A stretch of DNA of 61,626 nucleotides, the filler included, from Thelocarpon superellum (lineage: Eukaryota), in NCBI GenBank assembly GCA_026025795.1. It is 10 parts of 10 records of this genome, joined end to end, with 100 filler letters (N's around TTAATTAATTAA, not from the genome) between each part and the next. Parts side by side here need not be neighbours in the genome. Positions count along the whole stretch, not along the records: positions 31,277 to 37,308 come from JAPEUG010000692.1; positions 37,409 to 43,414 come from JAPEUG010000693.1; positions 43,515 to 49,501 come from JAPEUG010000694.1; 7 more parts are not named here. One strand, given 5' to 3'. Of the stretch, positions 34,713 to 46,137 are shown one piece after another. Under the pieces are notes generated by a model that did not search any database, was not told the DNA's origin, and was given only the letters and a program-made list of their open reading frames with translations. How positions within the stretch are numbered: the first letter of the stretch is position 1; each line of letters opens with the position of its first letter. Position numbers and translations under genes: made by a program.

Positions 34713-35093
34713 TTAGGCGGCAAATTCGCCACCATTCTTCAATGACATTGCATAGTCTATCTTCTTTGGGATCCTTGCACCAGCTGACGCTCGCGTTTTG
34801 CGGCCTCTTGTGGCTGCCGCTGTGGCTGTGGCTGCCGCTACTGGCGCTGGCGCTGGCGCTGGCGCTGGCGCTGTGATTGGCGCAGTCTGGATCTTTGACC
34901 TTGACCTCGACCTTGACCTTGGCCCTAACCCTGACCCAGATTTGCGTTTCTTCTTCGTCTCGGGTTCGCTGTCTTCTGCCAATGAATCGGGTAATTCTTC
35001 ATCTGATAACGTCTCGGGCGTGGGCGTGGGAATGGGCCGTCTCTTGGTAGGCGTTGCTCTTGCTGTTCTCTTCGGGACAGGTGTCGCCGTTGG

Positions 35094-35124
<31 letters not shown>

Positions 35125-36872
35125 GTTCTCTTCTTCGGCGACTTCTCTTTCGTGATGGCCTTGTTTTTCTTCGGCATCTTTTCTTCTCCCTCCCCCTCCT
35201 CCTGCTGCTGCTGCTTCTTCTTCGTCGCCACCACTCGCTTCGCAGGCCGTAGCCACTCCTCCATCCCCGGTGGCCAGTAGACTCTCCCGTCTGGGCCGCC
35301 CATGCTGACTTCGGCGTCGGGTATTTTGTGATCCGTCATGCTCTCGTTCGCCGGCGCCGTGTGCTCTGCGATGCTCTCCTCTTCGTCGTCACCGTCCTTC
35401 GTCGCCTGCTTCTTTGGCATGGCGCGTGCCCGCACCACCTTGGCCAGGGTGTTTTCGTCCTCGCGCACGTGGGGGATGAGATCGCCGAATCGGTCAAACC
35501 CGGGCAGTTTGAAGGTGCGCATGAGCTCGAAGACGGCCTGTTCTTTGTCCTTGGCTTCGATCATGAGGTCCATGTCTGGCGCACAAGGCGGGAGCGTGGC
35601 CACGCGCGGACTGTGCTTGCGCCGCTGTCGGGCCGTGATGGCCGCCGCCGTCGGCTCCGAATAGTGCATCTTCTGCGTGATGTTCTTGCGGGTCCAGGTC
35701 TGCCTGATCGCCTCGTACAAGGGCATGATGTCCAGCGTGCCTTCGCGCACCGCGTCGGAGTGGATGATGTTGTGGTGGTGGTAGTCCAGCACCAGCGGGA
35801 TGTTGAGTTCCTGGCAGATGGGCAGCAGGTCGTGCACGGACCAACTGACGTCGTCGTTCTCCAGCACCAGCCTTGCCTTGACGTCCTTCGACAGCGGCTT
35901 GTAGTTCTCGCGGAACCGATGGAGCGTTGCTTGCTTGTCGCCAAACACTCCTCCCATGTGCAAGATCATGACGGCGTCGCGGTCTTGCTGCGCCGGCAGC
36001 TTCAAAAGACTCAGGAGCTCGGCGTGGTATCCGAGGTCGCGGTGGGAGGCGGCGATGACTTCCGGGCGTGGCGACCCGAGCTGGGTGAACTGTCGCACAC
36101 TCAGCCACGGATGTCCGGGACCTGCGCTGGGGATCGACCTACTTGACCCGGATGCGTCGTCAAGCGATGCCCCAACTCTGCCGCGACCCGACCGGCGGCG
36201 GCCAAGACCTCGGAGGCAAAGGGAGCCAGTTTGTAGCCGTAGAGCGCGTGGCTGGCGAAGGGGAACATCTCACTGCTCAAGCGGAGGAAGCGAATGCCAA
36301 ACTTCTCGTTCCAGCGCAGCATCTTGACGATGTCGCGCGCGTTCGCAAGACCCAAGCTCTGCACGTAGGCCTGTCCTCGCGCCACCTCCGCCGGCTGCTC
36401 TCGATCGGGCCGATTCTTGGTGGGGTGGTGCGGCATGCTGGGGTCCTTCAACGGGTGACGCTGTTCGAGGATCGACGCGATGCGGCATGTGCGCGAGCTG
36501 AAGACAGGCGGATTTGCGTAGCGCAGGTAGGTGCAGAGACAGGCCTGAGCACTAGGTCAGCCTGTGCGGGACGATGGCATCTCGGAACCAGCTCACGTAT
36601 CCAAGACGCCCTTTCCACGGCAAAGGGAGATAGTCGCTGTGGACTGGGGGTGGACGATGCGCAGCCACTTGCAGCTCCTCCGCGCCGCCCGGCTCGTCGT
36701 CTTCGTCGGCTTCTGGATCCTTGAGGACGTCTCCCGCCTCCCCTGCTCCTTGGGGGACTCCATCGGTCGTCGACGCCGAGGACACCCCGGCAACTGCCTT
36801 GGTAGACACGCTCCGTTTTGACGGACGCTTTGACGGGGCCCGCCCCGATACGGGCGACTTTCGCTTCACCAT
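34713..36872 (-). CDS. UVE1: UV-damage endonuclease (UVDE, Uve1/Mus-18); 3 exons
   Basis: LPWKGRLGY|ACLCTYLR, FSSRTCRI, GIRFLRLSSEMFPFASH, HRLTTHPGQ|FTQLGSP, ILHMGG, RLVLENDD, LDYHHH, KMHYSE, DLMIEAKDKEQAV. Confidence 0.96.
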
Positions 36873-37308
36873 GTTGGAAATCTTCCACCTAAAGAGACAG
36901 GCGCCTGGCCTATGGAAGGGAACAGTGGAAACACGACGTGAAGACGGACCTTGGCGGACAAATGGACTACGCAGCGAGGGAGAGAGCACACGCCAGGGAA
37001 CATGAGGTAGCATCCGTCAGAGGCAAGTCATACAAGTGAAGTCCAGGCGGACGACTCCAACACGGCAGACGCGCCCCTAAGCACAAGGATCTAGCGCGCC
37101 GGAGAACTGGTATGGTCGCACACGAACAGCATCGGTGACGTAGAGTCCTGGCCCCGGATCATGCACCATGATTCCGCACATGACATTCTTGCAGCATTCG
37201 TACATCATACACCACCTACGAGGCAAAGAGATGTTAGCGCCGTCGGCGCTGCTCGGTAACTTGGCGCTGCTTGTCGCTCGCTCATTGTAAGGCGGAAGAA
37301 ACCAGCGG

Positions 37309-37408
37309 NNNNNNNNNNNNNNNNNNNNNNNNNNNNNNNNNNNNNNNNNNNNTTAATTAATTAANNNNNNNNNNNNNNNNNNNNNNNNNNNNNNNNNNNN
37401 NNNNNNNN
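37309..37408. other. Artificial contig linker
   Basis: 44 N + TTAATTAATTAA + 44 N. Confidence 0.99.
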
Positions 37409-38423
37409 TCAGCACAACAACCTCGGTGCCTAGCCGACCCATGTCTTGTTGAATCATCCGTTGCACCTCTTCGGGGCGATACTTCCGCGTCCGGATGGGA
37501 TAGGCCGTGACCCCGCCAATCACTTTCTCTTCGTCGTGCGCGCTGATCCAGCATCGGGCGAGCAAGTTGCGCGCGATCTCCAGGCCGCCGGGCACGCCCG
37601 ACGAGACATTGCCACCTAGCCACCATGGGTTTTGCACCCGATCGAATGAGTGGAGCAGTGCCGTGAGCGGTAGGGCCGCCTCCGACACTAGGTGCGACGA
37701 GGCGTAGGCCTGCACGTGGGGGTAGGAGACCCCGTGGGGGGCGTAGAGCACGGAGATGGCGCGGTCATGCGACCGGACAAAGGGTCGTAAGCACGTCGAG
37801 TCCGAGGTGGGCGGCGTATCCGGCGGGGTCAGGGGCATGGCGGACGGGGCAGGGGCGAAGGGCGGCGCGGATGTCGGGGCGCGGTAGGTGATGCCGATGG
37901 CCGAATGAAGGCCGGCTAGGTCGCGTCGACTGGGGATGTGAGCGATGGTCACCTCGCCCGGCAGACCCGCCGTCGAGATGGGAGGGATGGTAAAGCGCCG
38001 GAGGGTTTCGCGCCTGGCTTTACGCTCATCGTACTTGTCCAGCACCTGGACCTTGTCGGGGTGGAAATAGCGCCAACTCCGAATGATCTTGGCCGCGTGC
38101 GGGTCGGCGAGGATGAGTGTCTTGGTGTGGTCGGCTGGTAGCTGGCAGAGCGTTTCACGGTGGCAGTGGTCCGGCTTCCCCTGCGAGATGCACACGAGGT
38201 CCGGCTCCGGGAGGGCCGTGAGCGACGGGATGCATGAGGGGATGGTATGTTCGGAGACGTTGAAGGTCCGATGGAATAGCTCGCTGGCGCCGAAGAGCCA
38301 TGGATCGAAGAGGATGGAGAAGGAGCCTGGGACAAGGCCGGGCGAGGGAGGCGAGTCGCGGACGGGCTGAAAGGTCAGTAAGAATGTCGAGTCCGCGTTG
38401 AGATGTCGGATGGTCAACGACAT
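37409..38423 (-). CDS. Conserved fungal protein with metallo-beta-lactamase-like fold, 3'-truncated
   Basis: LTIRHLNADSTFLL, ILFDPWL, DLVCISQGKPDHCH..TL, YAPHG, WISAHDE. The HxHxDH motif is degenerate (QGKPDH). Confidence 0.72.
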
Positions 38424-40787
38424 GACGAAGGTGTCGCCGCAGGATGGTGCAGGTCTGGTGGCAAGGATTGGTCAGGCCCGGTCATGGACGGGTCGAGAAC
38501 GGCATGGCACGGACATACGCATCCGTATATGCCCCAATAACGCTGGCATAGGAGGATTCCTGTCGCAGCGGTGCGTCGTGTAGGGTTCGCAGGAGTGAGG
38601 AGAAAGGCGACAGAAGCGGAGGCCGTCGTCGGTCGGAGGAGGTACCGCTTGTATGTGCCGCGACGCGGAGGTCGTATGGATGGCCCGGGGAGGCGTGTGG
38701 GACGCTGACATTCGGTGGCGCCATAGCCATGTCCCGGTCTTCGTCACTTCCTGCTCTTCCTTCGCCGGCCCAGGCCTCGAAAGCCCTAGCACACGGCAAC
38801 GGGCACCGGGTTTCTCGCGACGATTTGCCCGTTTCGCCACCACGACTCGGCTCCAGATGCACCGCTCTCACGCTTCCGGCGATCGATCCGGCACCCCATC
38901 GACAGGGACAGGGCTTCGTCTTTGTCGGCTGCGCGGAAGTCGCGGGATTACACTCACTCGTCCTGTACCGGTCGGGTACCAGACTCCTAGTCCTACGTCG
39001 GATACGCTACGTAGGACCGCTACCTCCCAACTGGTGAAAGAGTACTCCAGACTATGTTACCTTAAGTTACTCAATCACTGGGGGAATCCCCATCAACTGT
39101 GCTTAGTAAACAGGGGATCGCCATCAGCTGGCTCAGTGGTTAGGAGAGCCCTCATCAACTGAGCTCATGTGCTGGTACGAGGAATGAGCGTGCTCAGTCC
39201 AGATCCTGGGCGGGTGCGCCGACTCACATCCAACATTGCACTATGGAGTCTCGTATCGGCCGACTCGTCGGAGTGGTCAAGACGCCGACCGTTGTACCAA
39301 TACCTTTACTCATTCTGCGATCTGGCGTTGGAATGTCTTGGGGGCCCTCAGCTATCTGCACTGGGCGGCCGGACGGCGGCAAGACCGGCTACGTCACAAT
39401 AGTTCCTAACTATGCCGGCGAAACACAAAGCCACCCGACTCTGTTTAGAGAAAACGTCGGATATCCTGACACCAGTGTCTGGCGTGACCAATCTAGCACA
39501 GCTCAAGGCGGCGGTGGAGCCCCGTTGTGCGGCGCGGTAAGACCGCTGGTACCGTTGAAGCTGATGGCAGTACATTTCCGTAGCGATGGTCTTCTCATCT
39601 CGATTCTACAGGTGCCATGTCTTGAGCAGAAGTTTCTTCAAGGCATCGGCTTTCAGCGGTTGGAGCGAGTGGAGCAGATGATGCATGTCGCGCTGAGTAC
39701 ATAAGGATAATCGGCCAGGCCACGACCGGGTGGCAGCGAACGAGCCATTAATCCTACGCTCTTACCGACCGACATGGCCGCACGAGCGAGATGACGCCAG
39801 CGATGCATCAACTGGACGAACATGGAGATGCGCGGATGCGTTGATGCGCGCGCGGTCGGGGGTAGAGGTGGTCATGGTATTGGTATCGAAGTTGGCCGTG
39901 GACTTCGACGGCTATCGATACCAGTCCAGCTTGCGCTCGCTTGCTGCGACCCCTCGCCGTCGGTTGGCTAGAGTACTTGAGCTAGCGAGCGAGGCCCCAG
40001 ACGAAGAAGGAATCTTCGAAGAAGCAGCGTGTCCAGTGCCCCATCCCGACCCAGCGAGCCATGTGATGCGGCCGGACGTTGGGTCGAAGCATGGCCGGTG
40101 GAGCACGCCGCTGCTTGACACACTTCTCAAGCACGTCGGCGCGGTCGAGGGGGAGCTGTTACCCCTGATCATCCTGGCGTGCTCGGGGTGCCGTGTCCGG
40201 CCCCTCGACCAGTGCTCGTAGTCCTTCCCAATGCGGCAAGGACCTGTCGAGCTTCGACAAATCAGCTGGGGGCGCCAGAGCTTCAAGCTTGCCAGCTTCT
40301 AGGGAGGTACGGCGGGCGCTCTGGAGGACGAGTACTCGTCCCCGTACTCGACCCCTCCCCCTCCGCTAGGGAAGTGGGCGGGAGGAAGCAGCCACGAAGC
40401 GATAGAGGGAGGGGGCCGTCAGTCCCCCCTCCCCCACCGCCACGCCAATCGGCTTCAGCAGGGAGAGGGTCGACGCTCGAGCATTGGCCGGAATTGGTCA
40501 GGACCTGATCGGGTCCTCCCATCCGCCACCACGACCCAAGCACCAAGCAGCAAGCACGACGCACACTCACAGCTCGCATCCCACCAACCGCCACCTCGGC
40601 CAGCTCCACCCAGCTCCACCCAGCTCCCACGGCCATCGTCGTCCAGTGCACCGGCAGCCTCCCCAATCCAGCTCCCGGCCCGCCGTTGACACCTGCGCTC
40701 GACGTCCTGACATCCTCGCCACGCCGACCGCAACGCCGCCCGCAACGCATGACCGATCCACCGGGCCCACGATAGATGCGTCAGGCC

Positions 40788-42352
40788 ATGCCACCGCGAT
40801 CCTCCTTAACCTCGTCATTCTCCGTGTCGGATGCGAACAACGAGGTCGTCTGTCCGCTCAAAAATCAAGATGGCTCGAGCTGTCGGAAGCGCTGTCTCGG
40901 GGTAGGTCGTTCCGCTGCGCCCCGCCCCCCGCTCCCCGCTCCCCGCTCCCTGCCCGCACTTCCGCCCGTGCGCGCAACCTCATTCCTCAAGCATGACATG
41001 GTAACGAGTGCGCTCGGATCTACAGGAGAAGCGATATCGCTCGATGCAAGAGCATATCCGCCGTGCCCACCCGGAGCATTACATCTCCAAGCTCCCTGCG
41101 ACCGAGGAGAGCTTCTCGCTCATGATCAACACTCCGCCGTCCGACCCACCGCGGACCTCGACATCGGCCCATGGGCCAGCCAACAATGCGGGTAAGTATG
41201 ACGGTGATGGCCCTCCGGTCTCGATCCGCTCGCCACGGCTGACCCGTCGTCCAGGCTACCCGCGCGACCGACCATGGGAGGAGCCCAGCGCCCCGGCTAC
41301 GCCGCGACATAGCGACGAGTATACCACCAATGCCCACCTACCAGCTGCCAGTGCCGCGGCGGCCTTGGCACAGCTCCACAATCATCGCGTCGAGTCGGAC
41401 TGGGAGTCAGAGCCGGTCAGTGGCGGCACTCTCGTTATTGGGGAGGAGCGCTGATTTGACGCAGGAGGTGGCATCGGAAACGGAGGCGTACAAGCGGACC
41501 ATCAGCACTTCCATTGAGCTGCCGGGCATCGCGCAGATGAAGCAGGAAGCGGGCCTATCGAATTATGTGTATGATCCCGCCCGACCGCGGACGCTGCTGC
41601 CGTCCATCTTGTCCAAGTCGCCGCCGGGGCGCTCATCCACCCTACCGCCGATCCAACGACGGGACAAGCTCAACCGTCCGCGAAAGTCCTCCGTCACTCA
41701 CAATGCGCGGCGACCGCAGCACGAGAAGAAGCGATCACGCCACGAACAGGGTGGTGGTCTGAGCTACGACGGGCGCAAGGCCTTCTCCGCGGAACCGACC
41801 AGCGCGGCCTCGGCCATGGGGAAGCGCTGGGAGGACTTGATCGACGCGGCGACGACAGCCACGACGGAGGTCGATGACGACCAGACTCCGGTAGGACGTG
41901 TCGCTCCGTCGGGGAAGTGGGGCGGCTTGCTCACCCTTGAGACGCAGGTGCCCCCGTCGCCCCCCAACGCCCATCGTGCATCGCTACCGCCGTTTCCTAC
42001 GTCACACTTTCAGTCATATCAGGCCTCACCATTGCAGCATGCGCTCACCCCTCCGTCCTACGCCCCGGAGCCGTTCCCCAGCGTCGAGAGCGGCGAGAAT
42101 TTCCACATCGAATCGCGGGGCCTGGAAGATTCGTCGCCGTCGTCGTCATCACAGAATGTACAGATCTACTGCGCCGCATGTCAAACGGTCACATACCTGC
42201 GGAATGCATATGCATGTACGGAATGCATCTGTGGCATGTGTCGGGACTGCGTCGATGCACTCTTGGCGGAATCCGGACCACGATCCAAGGGCTGCCCGCG
42301 GTGTGGGACCGTCGGCGGACATTTCCGCCCCTTTCAGCTGGACATCCGATAA
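40788..42352 (+). CDS. Conserved Pezizomycotina zinc-finger protein (N-terminal C2H2-like, C-terminal RING-like C8); 5 exons
   Basis: CPLKNQDGSSCRKRCLG|EKRYRSMQEHIRRAH and C-terminal CAAC..CTECICGMCRDC..CPRC. Four GT-AG introns reconstructed. Confidence 0.82.
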
Positions 42353-43414
42353 GGGGCGGAGGATGGTTGGGGTGGTCGTGCCAAGGCTCCGCGCAGCATC
42401 ATAGAATGGCGGGTGGCGTTGGAAGCATTCATCTACGGGCGTTGCGTGTTGATCATTGTCGTTTGTTTCCTCTCTGTCCGCATTTTGTAGTCTGCACCTG
42501 GCGTACGCCTCCTCGTATCTCTTACGCCGTCTCCCTTGCCATGGTCTCCTTCCTACCAAGGGTGTGGAGTTGGAGGGATGCGGGGGACTCCGTCCGTTCG
42601 TGACACTGGACGGATGCAGGTGAGATATAGTGTTTAGTTATCGGCGTTCAATAGCACACGGGATCCCAGAACATTATACAGGGATCTCCGGACATGGTAG
42701 TGGCCCGATTGATCCCCTCCACGATACCTCGAGAGAAACACCGACCCATCGTTGCCGCCGCTATTGTCGAAGCACCAACTGGCCGAAGGCTGCAAGCCCC
42801 GCTGTAGCAAGCTGGTCAGGCGAACTGTGCGAGGATCGAGGACAGTCAACTCCGCCGAGCGGTCCTGCCGTGGTATGACTGGAACCAATCCGGCTGGAAT
42901 CGCTAAAGTAGTTGTCCTCGTGTTTCAATACCTACTGCATGAGAGTACTTCCAACACCTTCAGGTGACGGTCTATGCTACGTTGTGGGAAAATGGACGAA
43001 CGTGTCCTGATCAAGATTCTCCCATGTATATCCCCAGAAGGTTCCTTGACGAGCCACACCTTCATTCGGTATCATCCGTAACCTCAATCGTTCCCTTTCA
43101 ACATCCAAGCGATACCTACTCTTTGACCGCCGACAACGTGAGATCCTTGATCGTCATCCCCATCACAATGGCAGCGGCCACGACCATGCCAGAGCCTCGG
43201 GCTAGCAGGCTGACGAGGATGATCAATGTGATCGATGTGTCGCTGTCACCAAGTCCACGATCCAATCTGCAGACAGCAGCATGTCTGTCTGCCACAGCAG
43301 GAGGAGGGACATGGAGAGCTCTAGCGTTGTATGGAGTTCCCACTAGGTTTAAGATCGGCCGGCGGAGAGGGCATCAGAAGCCACATGACAGGATTGATGA
43401 TGAAAATCCAGAGC

Positions 43415-43514
43415 NNNNNNNNNNNNNNNNNNNNNNNNNNNNNNNNNNNNNNNNNNNNTTAATTAATTAANNNNNNNNNNNNNNNNNNNNNNNNNNNNNN
43501 NNNNNNNNNNNNNN
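43415..43514. other. Artificial contig linker
   Basis: 44 N + TTAATTAATTAA + 44 N. Confidence 0.99.
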
Positions 43515-44895
43515 CCGAAAACCTGCAAGAAGTCTTGAAGCGGGACATTCTCGAGGATATCATCATCAAGCAGGACCGATCGCTGGTGGTCTACTGGGGT
43601 GCGCATTTACCCGTTCCGGATCCGCACCGATGTTGCGGGTCGGAACCCACCTCGGCCGGATCCGCGGGACCCCTTGCATGCAGCAGCTGATGATGGCGCA
43701 TCCTCCCAGGCACGGCGACCACGGGTCGACCCCACTGCGGCTACTTTGTGCCCGTGATCAAGCTCGCGCATTTCCTGCGGGCCGGCTGCACGGTCAAGAT
43801 CCTGCTGGCGGACATCCATGGCTTCCTCGACAACCTCAAGGCGCCACTTGACCTGGTCAACTTCCGCGCCGAATACTACCGCCATGTCATCACTGCGCTG
43901 CTCAAGTCGGTCAACGTTCCCATTGACCGGCTGGAGTTTGTCCTGGGCAGCTCCTACCAGCTGTCGTCGAAATACACCATGGACCTGTTCCGGCTGAGCT
44001 CGGTGGTGACAGAACATGACGCGAAGAAGGCGGGAGCGGAGGTGATCAAGCAAGTGGCGAGTCCCTTGTTGAGCGGCTTGCTCTATCCGCTCATGCAGGC
44101 GCTGGACGAGGAACATCTCGGGGTCGATGCGCAGTTTGGCGGGGTCGATCAGCGAAAGATCTTCACCCTGGCCGCGGAGACGCTGCCGAAGATCGGGTAT
44201 CGCGAGCGGGCCCACCTGATGAACCCCATGGTGCCGGGGCTGGCCGGCGGCAAGATGTCCTCGTCCGAGCCCGACTCGAAGATTGACCTGCTCGACGGGC
44301 CGGACGTGGTGAAGAAGAAGCTGAAGAAGGCCTTCGCCGTTCCCAAGGAAGTGGACGGAAACGGCATCATCTCCTTTGTCGAGTACGTCCTCCTTCCCGT
44401 GAGCGCGTTGAAGAATGCCGGGCAGGCACGCTTCGTCGTGGAGAAGCGCGAGGGCGAGGGGGAGCCGATCATCTACCGCAAGATTGAATCCCTGAAGGAT
44501 GACTACCGGGCCGACAAGGTCCGTCGTGACGCGTGCACCCATCAGAAAGCGCCCAGCTGACCATGGTCTAGCTGACGCCACAACTCCTCAAATCCTCCGT
44601 AAGCGCCGCGCTCGTCGCCCTCCTCGAACCCATCCAGGCCGACTTCCAGGCCTCATCTAGCTGGCAAGAGATTGAGCGAAAAGCCTACCCGCCGCCGGTA
44701 GAGGAGAAGAAGAAGAAGAAGGCTCCCAAAGACAAGGGCAGTCGACATCCTGGTGCAGGTGCGGGTGCAGGCACAGGCACAGGTGTCGTCGCGCAGCCCG
44801 ACGGATCGGTGCGGGGGCCTCGAAAGGCCGAGGCAAGTGTCGGGACGGGCGTCGAGGAGGCCATGGCAAAGGTCGATGTACAGGACAAGCAGTAG
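43515..44895 (+). CDS. TYS1: Cytoplasmic tyrosyl-tRNA synthetase, 5'-truncated; 3 visible exons
   Basis: VYWG|TATTGRPHCGY (HIGH-like), LLADIHGFLDNLKAP, YPLMQALDEEHL, AQFGGVDQRKIF, KMSSS. Last exon LTPQLLK..QDKQ* ends at 44895. Confidence 0.97.
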
Positions 44896-44992
44896 ATACC
44901 TATCCGCTCTAGTTAGTGGTCACCGGGGAAACTGTTCTGATGTTCATGCATGATCTACACCTGAGCGTCTGAGCGTCTGAGCGCTGTCTACC

Positions 44993-45863
44993 TCATCTTC
45001 CCTTCTTCACCCAGCTCTCCACCGCCGCTCGTCCTCCCTGCACCTTCTGGTCCACTATGGCCAGCGCCCCCTCCGACTGCAGACGGGCCAGCCTCCACGT
45101 CTCCTCGACTGCGCCTTGTATCCGCATGTGATTGTTGCTGATGACGGGCACACGCTCTTCAAACTTCCATATCAGCTCGCCCACGTTCCGCATCGTGCGG
45201 GGCATGACGACCCAGCCGGCGCCAAGTCCCAAGGCGACGGGCACGCTGGCGCGGAGGAGAATGTTGCGATTGCGGCTGATGATGGAGCCAGCCATGGCTG
45301 CGACCAGCACGTAGACGACGCCAGGCAGGACTCGCTCGCCGGATTCCCTGGGCGGGGCCAAGGAGGCGATGGTCCCGGTAAAGGACGACTCCAGGTGCAG
45401 GAAGGAGGTCATGAAGTCATTGACTCGATCCTCGCCTGCCGCAACATGGGCAAAGACGAAGAGACGAGCGCGTCGAATTTCTAGCGCCAGGCGGTCGGTC
45501 GGAGTGAGAGTGGTGGGTTGAGGCTCGGTCGACGCTCGGGTCGATGGCGAGAGCCGCGCATTGGAGGTGGCAGGGTCTGACGCGGGTTCGGCCGAGGCTC
45601 TTGACCTATCGTAGATGGGTTTCCTGGACTGTCCAGGATGTTCAGACCCATGATCATGCACACTGGCTGAGGTGGGAGCTCACGGATACTGCCAGCTCGG
45701 GAGCTTCGGCATGGACGACACGTGCAGGGAAGAAGACCATGCTCCCCGAGACAAGCGCAATTGCTGCTGGAAGGGCGGCACGCTGTTGCATGTTAGCTGT
45801 GGAAGCTCTTGTAAGGTCCCACCGCAGACGACTCACATGCCGAAGCATCGGACGGTGTGCCAT
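44993..45863 (-). CDS. MIC26: MICOS subunit Mic26/Mic27 (apolipoprotein O family); 3 exons
   Basis: VHAEAP, RKPIYD, TPTDRLA..IRRARLF, TIASLAPP.ESGERVLPG..YVLVAAMAGSIISRNRNILLR, P.TMRNVGELIW. Mic26 versus Mic27 naming is uncertain. Confidence 0.87.
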
Positions 45864-45945
45864 GTTGTGGTCGAGCGGTTGAGAGAGGATCTCGATCCGT
45901 GAGGGGAATCGGGCGGAAGATGTTGTCATCGGCTCCGCAAAAACA

Positions 45946-46036
45946 AGCCGAAGGGTGGAATCGGGTAGAGCATTCAGACCGCTATGGCAGAGCCGAAGGG
46001 TGGGAATCGGGTAGAGTATTCAGACCGCTGTTGCAG
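45946..46036. repeat. Tandem duplication of about 45 bp in the divergent MIC26/OCT1 promoter
   Basis: AGCCGAAGGGTGGAATCGGGTAGAGCATTCAGACCGCTATGGCAG followed by AGCCGAAGGGTGGGAATCGGGTAGAGTATTCAGACCGCTGTTGCAG. Confidence 0.9.
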
Positions 46037-46137
46037 ATCTGTCGGCGTCCTCCCGGAGCTGCTGGTGGATCTGCACGCCGCCATCATACCGTGTGTAGAC
46101 TCAGTCGGCATCTGGACATCTTGGAGAGCCTCGGGGG

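Noticed and set aside
34920..34940. CCCTAACCCTGACCC as an interstitial telomeric repeat
   Set aside because: It is coding sequence for the SGSGLGP stretch of UVDE.
42600..43414. ORFs near the end of contig 7 as a gene or transposon relic
   Set aside because: No recognisable domain, terminal repeats or consistent frame.
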